Assembly: GCA_965203095.1 (NCBI GenBank)
Contig: OZ241877.1
Coordinates: 1,280,001-1,344,000, forward strand
Length of the DNA: 64,000 nt
Reading direction: 5' to 3'
Source: Bdellovibrionales bacterium
GTDB taxonomy: Bacteria; Bdellovibrionota; Bdellovibrionia; Bdellovibrionales; UBA1609
Positions 30,530-39,430 of this stretch are shown in pieces; position 1 is the stretch's first letter; each line of letters starts with the position of its first letter. A program made the translations under genes and the position numbers. The notes beneath the pieces are model-generated. The model was not told the origin of the DNA. It ran no database searches and worked only from the letters and a program-made list of their open reading frames with translations.

Positions 30530-32791
30530 ATGGAAGACATTTTTAAACCAGAAAGTTTAAGCATAAAAAATCTATTTAGCTCGCCTGATTCCTTATTTGA
30601 AGTCCCCATATACCAACGACCTTACAGTTGGGGAGAAGAAGAAGTGGAGCAACTTTGGGATGACTTATATACAGCTTGGATAGAACAAGAAGAAAATCAA
30701 AATTACTTTTTAGGTTCTATTATTACTATTTCTAAGGATAACAGTTATCAAGACATAGTGGATGGCCAACAAAGGCTTACAACCCTTATGATTCTTTTTT
30801 GTGTAATTAGAGACATCTATCCAAAGATCAATTCAAAAATTGACATCAATAAATATCCAGGAGTTATTAGAATCAATAGAATTAAAGGTTTTATTTGTGA
30901 TACAGATGACAGGAAAAGATTAAAATTATTTACTCATGCCTCCCATCAAAATGATTTTGAAACATGTATTTTGAAAGAAGGGGCTACAAATAAAACACAA
31001 CAAAAAAACAGAGATCAAGGACATGTAAGAGATAGATTTATACAGGTTTCTGATTTTTTTAGAGAAAAGTTATGTGAGATGGGGGAAGAAGAAACAGGCA
31101 AATTACTAAATTATATTGGAAATCATGTAAAAATGATAAAAATCACATGCAAAGACAGATCTTTTGCTATAAAATTATTTCAAGTATTAAATGATAGAGG
31201 TAAAAATTTAGAACCTTCTGACTTAATAAAAAGTGCTTTAATTTCAAGACTTCCAGAGAACAAACATAAACAATTTATTGCAGATTGGGATAAAGCCAAC
31301 AATATAATAGAAAGTTTTGATTGTGACACAAATATTGATGATATGTTCACTTTATATGTCTATTATAATCTTGCCTCTAATCCTAAAAGGAATAACTATG
31401 AAGAAGTTGAAGGTTTTTCTAAAAATAAAGATTCAAACGAAGTTATAAATGATTTTAAAAACTTTTGCAGTTTATATGAAAAACACATATCCAATTCAAA
31501 TAATAAAATTATAAATAGTTTATGGTATTTGAGATGGAAATATCACTGGAAAGCTGTAATGATAACTGCTTTAAAACATGATTTTTCAGAATACAAAGAA
31601 CTTCTATTTGAATTGAGAAGATTTTATTATCTCAACTGGATTGCGGGAAAAACTGTTAACACAATTAAACAAGCTTCGTTTAATCTTATAAAATTTATCA
31701 AAGAGGGAAAGCCCCTTTCTTTTATTAAAGAGGAACTAAATAAAAAATTAGAAGAGGATAATATTTTTCAACTTATTCTGTCCAACTTAAAATCAAATTC
31801 TGCAAAGCCTCGTTGGATTAGACCTGTTTTAATGATGATAGAATACAATCAAACAGACAATGAGGATAAAGACTTTATTCCTTTAAACAGCAAAATTCAT
31901 TTAGAGCATGTTTTACCCATTCAATATAAAAAAATTTCAGGATGGGAGCATATTGAAGAAGATACAGCAAATAACTATCTAAATTCTATAGGGAATTTGA
32001 CATTATTAGGAGGTAGCAAAAATGTTTCCGCCAGCAACAACCCATTTAAAACTAAACTTAATATTTATAATGGTAAAGGTAAATATAATAATAGTAAAAA
32101 AGGAGTGACAAGGTTCATGATTAGCCAAAAGATAGCTCAGGATGTAAATGAAGGAAATATAGAAAAATGGGATAAAAATGCTATGGAAAAAAGATGGAAT
32201 TGGTTTTTAAATGAACTAAAAGATTTATTGCAAGTTGATGTTTCCTCTATTCTTATCAACGACAAAAATAAAATAGAAGATATAAAAAAACAAAAACCGG
32301 CGGATAACTTCAAAAAAAAAATAATAAAAATTGATAAAAAAATGAGAAGAGAGAAAAATAAAGAATTTTTTAATCAGTTTTTAGATGAGATGAAAAAAGA
32401 ACATCCCGATTTTTATTTAAAGCACTCTGTTAATAATGCAATACATGCCACCCCTTCAAAATCTTTCAGTAAGATTACAGTTTTCCGGGCTGTTGACAAT
32501 CCTCGTGTGGGAATATTCTGGCAAGCCAAAGAAAAAGAAGAGGACTGGAAACTTTTTGAATTGATGAAAGCGGATCCTGAATTTCCAAAATCTTTTAAAA
32601 TTTATGAGGAAACTAAGGAACAAGAAGGAGAAATTTTGACTTCTGCCCAACTTTCAATAATTTTAAATTTTAATGACATATATGATCCTGCTACTTATTT
32701 GAAACAAAAGGAATTTTTAAAAACAAACCTTGTCCTAATTTATAATTACATGAGTCAAAAAATGTTAGAGCTTAAGAAAAAAGCTTCTTAA
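30530..32791 (+). CDS. DUF262 + DUF1524 (GmrSD/SspE-like) nuclease with extra C-terminal domain
   Basis: VPIYQRPYSW, IVDGQQR, FQVLNDRG, LEHVLP…IGNLTLL…N; about 170-aa C-terminal extension. Confidence 0.85.
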   Translation: MEDIFKPESLSIKNLFSSPDSLFEVPIYQRPYSWGEEEVEQLWDDLYTAWIEQEENQNYFLGSIITISKDNSYQDIVDGQQRLTTLMILFCVIRDIYPKINSKIDINKYPGVIRINRIKGFICDTDDRKRLKLFTHASHQNDFETCILKEGATNKTQQKNRDQGHVRDRFIQVSDFFREKLCEMGEEETGKLLNYIGNHVKMIKITCKDRSFAIKLFQVLNDRGKNLEPSDLIKSALISRLPENKHKQFIADWDKANNIIESFDCDTNIDDMFTLYVYYNLASNPKRNNYEEVEGFSKNKDSNEVINDFKNFCSLYEKHISNSNNKIINSLWYLRWKYHWKAVMITALKHDFSEYKELLFELRRFYYLNWIAGKTVNTIKQASFNLIKFIKEGKPLSFIKEELNKKLEEDNIFQLILSNLKSNSAKPRWIRPVLMMIEYNQTDNEDKDFIPLNSKIHLEHVLPIQYKKISGWEHIEEDTANNYLNSIGNLTLLGGSKNVSASNNPFKTKLNIYNGKGKYNNSKKGVTRFMISQKIAQDVNEGNIEKWDKNAMEKRWNWFLNELKDLLQVDVSSILINDKNKIEDIKKQKPADNFKKKIIKIDKKMRREKNKEFFNQFLDEMKKEHPDFYLKHSVNNAIHATPSKSFSKITVFRAVDNPRVGIFWQAKEKEEDWKLFELMKADPEFPKSFKIYEETKEQEGEILTSAQLSIILNFNDIYDPATYLKQKEFLKTNLVLIYNYMSQKMLELKKKAS

Positions 32792-32798
32792 AATACCT

Positions 32799-33179
32799 AT
32801 GAACCAAACTAAAATGAGAAATGAAACTTTAAAAAAATTACACAGCTCTATAGAAAGTCTGAATCATGAATGCGAAGAGGAAGGTTTTAGCACTGTTTCT
32901 GACCAAGCAAAGGAAAATGCTAAGCATATTTTAAATTTTGTATATAAAAATTTTCCAGATTATGAATATTATATATATCCCACTGAAGACCGTGAAATTG
33001 CCTTGGACTGCAATCTCCAAAAAGGAAAGGGGGTGCTAATTCTTTTTGATTCTAAAGGTGGGGTGGCCTATTTTTCTACCTTAGAGGGCAGGAACAGCAG
33101 ACTTCGCTGTGATTGCATTACTGACTTCCCTTATGATTATTTACGGAAAATATTAAACAGCTTGATAGAAAGAGGATAA
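32799..33179 (+). CDS. hypothetical protein
   Basis: 126-aa ORF 7 nt downstream of the DUF262 gene. Confidence 0.6.
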   Translation: MNQTKMRNETLKKLHSSIESLNHECEEEGFSTVSDQAKENAKHILNFVYKNFPDYEYYIYPTEDREIALDCNLQKGKGVLILFDSKGGVAYFSTLEGRNSRLRCDCITDFPYDYLRKILNSLIERG

Positions 33180-33303
33180 ATATACCCATCCTTAGAGCTG
33201 TAGCTTAAGGTCAATCTAAAAAAAATTCCAATTATAAAAGCTTATCAGGAAGACAGCTCAACAGTTTTTTTGTTTTGATCTGTTGTTCATCCTCCTCAAA
33301 GTC

Positions 33304-33969
33304 TTATTTTTTAGACAAAGAATCTATTATGGGTTTTATCTGAATGCGAAAATCAACTCTCCTGTTTTTAACCCTACAATGAATGGTATTTTCTTCACAT
33401 AATGGTCGGCTGGAAGACAACCCATTTGCTGTTAAATGTTTAATGGCCCATTCCCTTATCTTTGAATCTGATTTTTCTTTATTGATGCAATACTGTAGCA
33501 CTGACCTTGTTCGTCCTTGTGAAAGTTCCATATTTTTAAAATATGCTTTCTGAGGTGGCAAGCCTATCCATTCATTTGAGGTATGACCTTCAATGCGGAT
33601 TTCATCAACATCTTCTTTAAATTCATATAGCAACTTAAAATAACGAGGGCAAAAGTTTGATAAAATTTTCTGAAATTCTGACTTAATAGCAATTTTCCCA
33701 TGATCAAACATAATTTGAGGAGATAAAAATCTAATAATAAGAGAATCTTTTATCAATTTTGCATTCCATTCTTTTAAATCTCTTTCAAATTCATCATGAA
33801 GACTTTGATAAATTAAATTTTTAATTTTGACATAATCCTTATAACTTTTATCAATAAATTCAACATCTTTAAGGGATTGTTCAATATAAACCACAGAAAT
33901 AAATAAAAAAATCATCATAAGCCCTGTCATCATATCTGAAATGCTTATCCATTCTTTTGTAGATTTCAT
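33304..33969 (-). CDS. zorB: ZorB-like MotB/OmpA protein
   Basis: WISISDMMTGLMMIFLFI TM with conserved Asp; IEGHT, NMELSQGR, NRRVDF OmpA-like domain. Confidence 0.85.
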   Translation of the reverse strand: MKSTKEWISISDMMTGLMMIFLFISVVYIEQSLKDVEFIDKSYKDYVKIKNLIYQSLHDEFERDLKEWNAKLIKDSLIIRFLSPQIMFDHGKIAIKSEFQKILSNFCPRYFKLLYEFKEDVDEIRIEGHTSNEWIGLPPQKAYFKNMELSQGRTRSVLQYCINKEKSDSKIREWAIKHLTANGLSSSRPLCEENTIHCRVKNRRVDFRIQIKPIIDSLSKK

Positions 33970-34778
33970 AGGTCATCTTCCTTCTTTTTCTTGATAAACT
34001 CCTTATATTCTGAGGTCTCTTTAATATGAGAATGATTGAACTCTTTTGCATGGCATTCAATACAAAGGACTTTCAGGTTCTCTTTAGTATTATTTGTTTT
34101 ATTTCCATCTACATGATGTGTATGAAGGAATTTTTTGTGTTTTGAGAGGTCTATACGACATTTTTCACATTTGTAATTTTCTTGCTCTTTTCGTTTTTTT
34201 GATATTTCAGACCAGTTTTCTGAATATCGGTTGGGAAAAGAACAAATATCTAATTCTGCGTTTATTTTAGGGGCATCATCTTGAAAACTCTTTTCAATAT
34301 AAGTTTTAATTTTAAAACTTTGTTTGGTTTTATTAGTTTTGAAATTCAAATTAAAAGTTGTAAGACAGTTGCCACATATCTCAAGAGATTCATACCACTT
34401 TTTATCATCTTTGATTAAAAAAAACTTTCCATCTTTTCTTCCAGATACTTTATATCTATGTCCTCTTTTGTTTTGTTTCATTTCCTTTATTGTTCTACAA
34501 TTATAAATATGAAACTTTGGATGCTTCCCCCGATAATCTTCCTTCCAATTCGAAATATCTACTATATGAATAACTGTTTTTCTTATAGAACCATCTTTTA
34601 AAACAGTAAACAACTCTTCTTTATTTGTATGAAATACATCTGAAAGATCTGAGTCCAGGCCTTTTCCTTCTTTAAACTGTTCAATTTCTTTTTGAATATC
34701 TGTTTTTGAAAAATCAGAGACCCCATATTTTTTTATAGAGGAAATCAGTTCTTCAAATTGAGTCAGACGAACAGACAT
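33966..34778 (-). CDS. HNH endonuclease (ZorE-like position)
   Basis: CEKC…HTHHVDGNKTNN…NLKVLCIECH; also KFHIYNC…CGNC. Confidence 0.85.
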   Translation of the reverse strand: MSVRLTQFEELISSIKKYGVSDFSKTDIQKEIEQFKEGKGLDSDLSDVFHTNKEELFTVLKDGSIRKTVIHIVDISNWKEDYRGKHPKFHIYNCRTIKEMKQNKRGHRYKVSGRKDGKFFLIKDDKKWYESLEICGNCLTTFNLNFKTNKTKQSFKIKTYIEKSFQDDAPKINAELDICSFPNRYSENWSEISKKRKEQENYKCEKCRIDLSKHKKFLHTHHVDGNKTNNTKENLKVLCIECHAKEFNHSHIKETSEYKEFIKKKKEDDL

Positions 34779-34780
34779 TT

Positions 34781-35854
34781 TTATTTATGAGGTGGCAGTT
34801 GTTTCAAGAGTTGAGCAAACTCTTTTAAATAACCTTCATAATCATTTCTAAACTTATTGGTCAAACCAGTTAAAGCTTCGTTTAATTTGCCTAAAGAAGT
34901 TTCAAGTTGTTTAATAAGACTATCGTTCAACCTTTCCAGCCCTTTGGATTGTCCTGATAAAGAGTTTTGTATTTTATTTGAGAAATCATCGATTGAAGAT
35001 ACTATCAGTTGAGCCTTATCACCAATCTTTTTTAAACTATTTAGGTGAGTTTCAAGGTTTTTTATTTGATTTTCGTTCGTTTGGATAATGCTTGATAAAT
35101 CTTGGCTTGTTTTAGATATTTTTTCAAAATTTGTGATTAATTTTATGGAGTGTTCTGCATTCATTTCCAGGGTTGTTAGTATCACTTGAAGGTTTTTTTC
35201 TGCTTGCTCTATAGTCACCTTGTAGGTTTCCTGCCAGACAATCATATTTTTTACAGACTTGTTCAGTTGTTTAAAATTGTCTCCAAACTGCTCTGTCAGG
35301 TTTTTATTAAAATCTGAAATAACATTTTCTAAAGCAGTTATAATTTCCTCTTTAGCTCCTTTAGATAAAACATTTAAAATTTCTTTAACAGATTTGTTTA
35401 TTATGTTAAAATGAGAATTGATGTTTTTATTTGATTCAGCCATAAAATAAAGAATTCTGTCTTTTGTGAACTGATTGGCTTTTTTTTCTTCTGACAATAT
35501 GGATTTCAAAAGAGATTCTGTTGAATTTTCTTGGAGATTTTTTTGAAAAATAAAATCTTTAACTGTAAGGATTATTGAAAAAAACATACCTAAAATAGAA
35601 GTTGCAAAAGCTAATTTTAACCCTTCCAATAATTTAGGCACACTTTCTGTAATTTTTGATGTGTCAAAATAATAAAGACCTAAAAAAATCCCTGCAAAAG
35701 TGCCAAGAACTCCAATACTGATGATGGTAGCTTTTAAGTCTTTGGAAAAAATTATGTCTGCGACAAAAAAACACAACATAATCCAAAAGAACACACGAAT
35801 TAAAGGATCGTTATAAGCTCTTTCTAAAAGTGGTAAAATTTCTGAATACTCCAT
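34781..35854 (-). CDS. zorA: ZorA-like MotA-family protein with coiled-coil tail
   Basis: 3 TM helices with SIGVLGTFAGI and GLKLAFATSILG; FGDNFKQLN coiled-coil tail. Confidence 0.83.
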   Translation of the reverse strand: MEYSEILPLLERAYNDPLIRVFFWIMLCFFVADIIFSKDLKATIISIGVLGTFAGIFLGLYYFDTSKITESVPKLLEGLKLAFATSILGMFFSIILTVKDFIFQKNLQENSTESLLKSILSEEKKANQFTKDRILYFMAESNKNINSHFNIINKSVKEILNVLSKGAKEEIITALENVISDFNKNLTEQFGDNFKQLNKSVKNMIVWQETYKVTIEQAEKNLQVILTTLEMNAEHSIKLITNFEKISKTSQDLSSIIQTNENQIKNLETHLNSLKKIGDKAQLIVSSIDDFSNKIQNSLSGQSKGLERLNDSLIKQLETSLGKLNEALTGLTNKFRNDYEGYLKEFAQLLKQLPPHK

Positions 35855-35949
35855 TTTTTTGGACTACAGCTCTAAAGTTGAACACTTGCCCTTGAACCTT
35901 ATTATTGATTCTAAACTTTTAACAAACCCACATACCTAACTATAAGTCA

Positions 35950-35977
35950 ATATCGGTATTTTCCTGCCAGAACTTTA
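35950..35977 (-). promoter_or_regulatory. FliA (sigma28)-like promoter upstream of zorA
   Basis: TAAAG-N15-ACCGATAT on the minus strand. Confidence 0.55.
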
Positions 35978-36059
35978 GGCTATGCCTGTTTTCTGGCAAA
36001 AAAAAGATACGAATAGAGGTTAAAAGTAAGATAATACTACAGGCGTCCTGAAAAATATT

Positions 36060-36092
36060 TGATGAAATGTCTCAAAATAAGTCAATATTGCC
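36060..36092 (+). repeat. 33-bp direct repeat, copy 1 (left end of the NYN cassette)
   Basis: tgatgaaatgtctcaaaataagtcaatattgcc; identical to 36919-36951. Confidence 0.9.
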
Positions 36093-36158
36093 ATTATTTT
36101 TACATATTTTTGAGTTTTTTATCCTTGACTTATTTTGAAAAATGTTGATACTGAAAAA

Positions 36159-36224
36159 TGACATCCCCACTCGTTATCGACTGGTGGGTACGAGGCGACC
36201 TTAGTGTCGCTTTCGTTTTTTTTT
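36159..36224 (+). ncRNA. candidate structured leader/small RNA ending in an intrinsic terminator just before the NYN gene
   Basis: Promoter TTGACT-N16-GATACT at 36125-36152. Hairpin CCCACT…GGTGGG at 36166-36188. Hairpin ACGAGGCGAC-CTTAGT-GTCGCTTTCGT at 36190-36216, then T9. Confidence 0.55.
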
Positions 36225-36228
36225 AGAT

Positions 36229-36873
36229 ATGAAAAAAACAGTTGTTTATGTTGATGGATTTAATCTTTATTATCGGTTAAAGAATACGCCTTATAAATGG
36301 CTTGATCTTCAGAAATTATCTAAATTTTATTTGAATCCAAAACAACATAACATAATAAAAATCAAGTATTTTACAGCACGAGTAAAAAGAGTATCAAACG
36401 ATACCTCAAATATTATTAAACAAAACATATATTTTCGTGCTCTTAAAACCATTTCGAATTTGGAAATTATTTTTGGACAATTTAAAAAAAGACAAGTAAA
36501 GGGAAGGATAATCCATAAGCACAGTGGTAAATATACGAGAGATTCTAATATTGTGACTATTAGCAAATGGGAAGAAAAAGAATCTGATGTAAATATAGCA
36601 ACTCATCTTATTGAAGATGGATATGAAGATCGATTTGAATGTGCCATTTTAATATCTAATGATACAGATTTAAAAACTCCATTACTGTGTATAAAAAGAA
36701 AATTAAAGAAAACTGTTGGTATTATAAGTCCATATACAATCACACATATAGAATTGCAAAAATCCTCCCATTTCCATAAAACCATATCTGTTAAAGCACT
36801 TCAAACCTGCCAGTTCCCGGATAAAATGAAAGATTTCAAAGGAGATTTTTTTTGTCCTACCAAATGGAGGTAA
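36229..36873 (+). CDS. NYN-domain (PIN-like) ribonuclease
   Basis: VYVDGFNLY, EEKESDVNIA, ISNDTDL acidic catalytic residues. Confidence 0.9.
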   Translation: MKKTVVYVDGFNLYYRLKNTPYKWLDLQKLSKFYLNPKQHNIIKIKYFTARVKRVSNDTSNIIKQNIYFRALKTISNLEIIFGQFKKRQVKGRIIHKHSGKYTRDSNIVTISKWEEKESDVNIATHLIEDGYEDRFECAILISNDTDLKTPLLCIKRKLKKTVGIISPYTITHIELQKSSHFHKTISVKALQTCQFPDKMKDFKGDFFCPTKWR

Positions 36874-36918
36874 AACTAAAAAAAGGGGACTAATCTCAGA
36901 GGCTATTCTAAAAAAATA

Positions 36919-36951
36919 TGATGAAATGTCTCAAAATAAGTCAATATTGCC
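36919..36951 (+). repeat. 33-bp direct repeat, copy 2 (right end of the NYN cassette)
   Basis: Identical to 36060-36092. Confidence 0.9.
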
Positions 36952-36997
36952 TTTTTTTTAGTTGACAAGGTTGTTTTTTGTTTTTATTGATAGTGCT

Positions 36998-37498
36998 ATG
37001 TTTACTTCTCGTGTTTTCTTTTCTCTAAAGTTGTTTTTAAGCCTAATTTTGTCTTTGAGCTTAATTTCCTGCCAGACGATAACTGTTAAGCCAAAAGGAG
37101 GGGATAGCCAACGAGCTGATTCTCCCGACTATGAGAAGTCCCAAGATTTTTTCCTGTTTGGTCTAATTGGGGAGGCTACTGTTCCCGCAGGGGAAATTTG
37201 CGGGGATAAGGGAGTGGCTCAACTGCAATCTCAAACCACTTTTTTGGATGGGCTTTGGCCGGTTCTTATTGCTGGTGGTGCTGTTGTGGCTGTTGGAATA
37301 GTGGGGCTTGGCTTGTTTGCAAATTTGTTGTCAGAAGAGGAGGAACCGGACCCTGGCACTCTTATTCCAGCTTTGGGGGGGATGGCTATAGCTTCTATAC
37401 TTGCCGCCTTGGCAGGTGGCATCTGGACACCTAAAACAGCAAAGGTATGGTGTGCTAAAGATTCTGCTACAGTTAAAGAGGCTGAGGAGGCCATTTAA
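36998..37498 (+). CDS. Bor/Iss-like lipoprotein with an inserted hydrophobic hairpin
   Basis: Lipobox LISC, FFLFGLIG…IC…TFLDG…IWTPKTAKVWC. Start set at the ATG at 36998 (uncertain). Confidence 0.65.
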   Translation: MFTSRVFFSLKLFLSLILSLSLISCQTITVKPKGGDSQRADSPDYEKSQDFFLFGLIGEATVPAGEICGDKGVAQLQSQTTFLDGLWPVLIAGGAVVAVGIVGLGLFANLLSEEEEPDPGTLIPALGGMAIASILAALAGGIWTPKTAKVWCAKDSATVKEAEEAI

Positions 37499-37834
37499 AT
37501 GAAAAATTTTTTTCTTGTTGTTAGTAGCCTTTTGCTTTTTTCCACATCTTGCCAGACGATTCATTACACGAATAAAGCCCAAGTGCCACAAGATTACACT
37601 TATTCTAAATGGCATCATATTGGCCTTTTTGGCTTGATGGAGTTTAGCGATCCGGTTGATGTTCAATCTATATGTAATGATAAAAGCTGGAAGGCTGTCC
37701 GAACACAGAAAGGCTTTTTGCAAGGTTTAATTCCTGTTCTTTCTAATGTTATTTTATCCTATATGGGTCTTCCCGCTATAGGAAGATCTATTTATACTCC
37801 TGAGGAAGTAGCTGTGGCTTGTTCCGCACCTTAA
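37499..37834 (+). CDS. Bor-like lipoprotein
   Basis: Lipobox STSC, HIGLFGL…PVDVQSIC…GFLQG…IYTPEEVAVAC. Confidence 0.7.
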   Translation: MKNFFLVVSSLLLFSTSCQTIHYTNKAQVPQDYTYSKWHHIGLFGLMEFSDPVDVQSICNDKSWKAVRTQKGFLQGLIPVLSNVILSYMGLPAIGRSIYTPEEVAVACSAP

Positions 37835-37918
37835 CCCCGGCGGAGTGTGTTTTTTTAAAATTCGCTTTACAGTGCTAAAAAAAGAAAGCGGGTGGGGACA
37901 TTGTGTATTAAAAAAGTT

Positions 37919-39146
37919 TTAACTTTGTTCCAAAGATTTAAGATAAAACCTTATAGCTGATTTAAAAAGCTCTGAATGTAAAGATAGTCTACTGGAATTA
38001 GCATCTTCTTTCACAGCTTCTGTTTGTATCAGTTGGGGTAAAGCCGTTTTTTGATATATTTTTACCTAAAGCTTTGCCTAAATCTGTTTTTTTTATAACT
38101 ACTCCATTAGAAAGAGCTAAATGATTCATTATTTTCTCTCTTAATGTAGGTTTTCCTTTAAATGAATAAAAATCTGAAAAATCTTTGCTCTGCAACTCAT
38201 TAGCAGATGAAATAATTGCCTTATTCCAGTCTTCATTTGAAATATTATTATCACTATCTATCTCGATAAGTTGATGACCTAAAATTTGTAATGAATGAGG
38301 ATAACCTCCAGCAACAGTCACATATTTATTCAAACTGGGTTTATCATATTTTATTTTTTTTATTTCATTAAAGCCTTTAATTAAAAGCTCTTTAGCTTCA
38401 CTGTCCGGCATAACATCAAGATGAAGCAAATCAAAACTTCTTCTGGCTGATGGATATCCTTGAAATATTTTATCAATACTATCACTATATCCTATCAGTA
38501 AAAAAGAGAAAAATCCTTTTTCATTAACATCAAGTGTATTGATAATATTTCTAAATATCTGACCTGTTCCTTTCAAATCTTGAATGTTATGGATTTCATC
38601 AATAACGATTAAAATCCCATCAAATTTATAGGATTCATCATTTCCAACGGAACTTTGAATAAGATTGGTCAAGCTGGAAACAATTTGATCTTTAAAAAAT
38701 TGTTTTTCTCTATTTTCTGTTGTTTCAACACCTACATTCATTCCGAAAGCTCCAAAAGAAAACTTTCCGTTTTTAAACAGTCCTCCAAGCCGATCAGTTA
38801 ATTTTTTTAAAGACGAATCATGTAGCCCATCTGTAATATTATTAAGAGAAGATTCCATCACAGTTTTTAAACTTTGCCCTCTCTCAACAGAGTAATAACT
38901 GGTAGCAAAATTCAAATCAAACAGCTTTGGATCTTTAGAAGAAGAGATATGCCTGATAAGCTTGGCTAAAGCCGTTTTACCAATTCCTCTTTCTCCATGT
39001 AAAATAAAACTGGCATGTTGCCCCATTCTCACATTGGATAGCTTTTTTAAAACACTCCGCATTTGCTGGTCCCTCCCAGCAAATAATGTAGGTGTCACTA
39101 TTGAATTAGGATTAAAAGGGTTGCTTGGTTTATTTATTTTTTCCAT
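37919..39146 (-). pseudogene. AAA+ ATPase with C-terminal wHTH-like region, apparent frameshift near 38050
   Basis: NPFNP…FAGR, GERGIGKT, IVIDEIH, GGYP. The annotated frame stops at 37998, but a shifted frame continues IYQKTALPQLIQ…RLSLHSELFKSAIRFYLKSLEQS* to 37919. Confidence 0.7.
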
Positions 39147-39191
39147 GTTTTAGTTTTTAGATTATCCTCTATCTTTTATAGAAAATACTCG

Positions 39192-39412
39192 AAATTTTGT
39201 AGAAAGGGTATAGAAAAGGCTTAAATTTTGTAGAAAGGGTATAGAAAAGGCTTAAATTTTGTAGAAAGGGTATAGAAAAGGCTTAAATTTTATAGAAAGG
39301 GTATAGAAAAGGCTTAAATTTTGTAGAAAGGGTATAGAAAAGGCTTAAATTTTATAGAAAGGGCATAGAAAAGGCTTAAATTTTGTAGAAAGGGTATAGA
39401 AAAGGCTTAAAT
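39192..39412. repeat. 7 x 31-bp tandem array upstream of the ATPase
   Basis: Unit aaattttgtagaaagggtatagaaaaggctt; copies 4 and 6 carry 1-2 substitutions; no spacers. Confidence 0.95.
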
Positions 39413-39430
39413 AGTGGAGTCAAAAACAGC

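Noticed and set aside
33304..35854. Flagellar MotAB or ExbBD/TolQR
   Set aside because: Coiled-coil tail on the A subunit, an interposed HNH nuclease and defence-island context, with no flagellar or TonB genes nearby.
39192..39412. CRISPR array
   Set aside because: Units are head-to-tail with no unique spacers, and there are no cas genes in the window.
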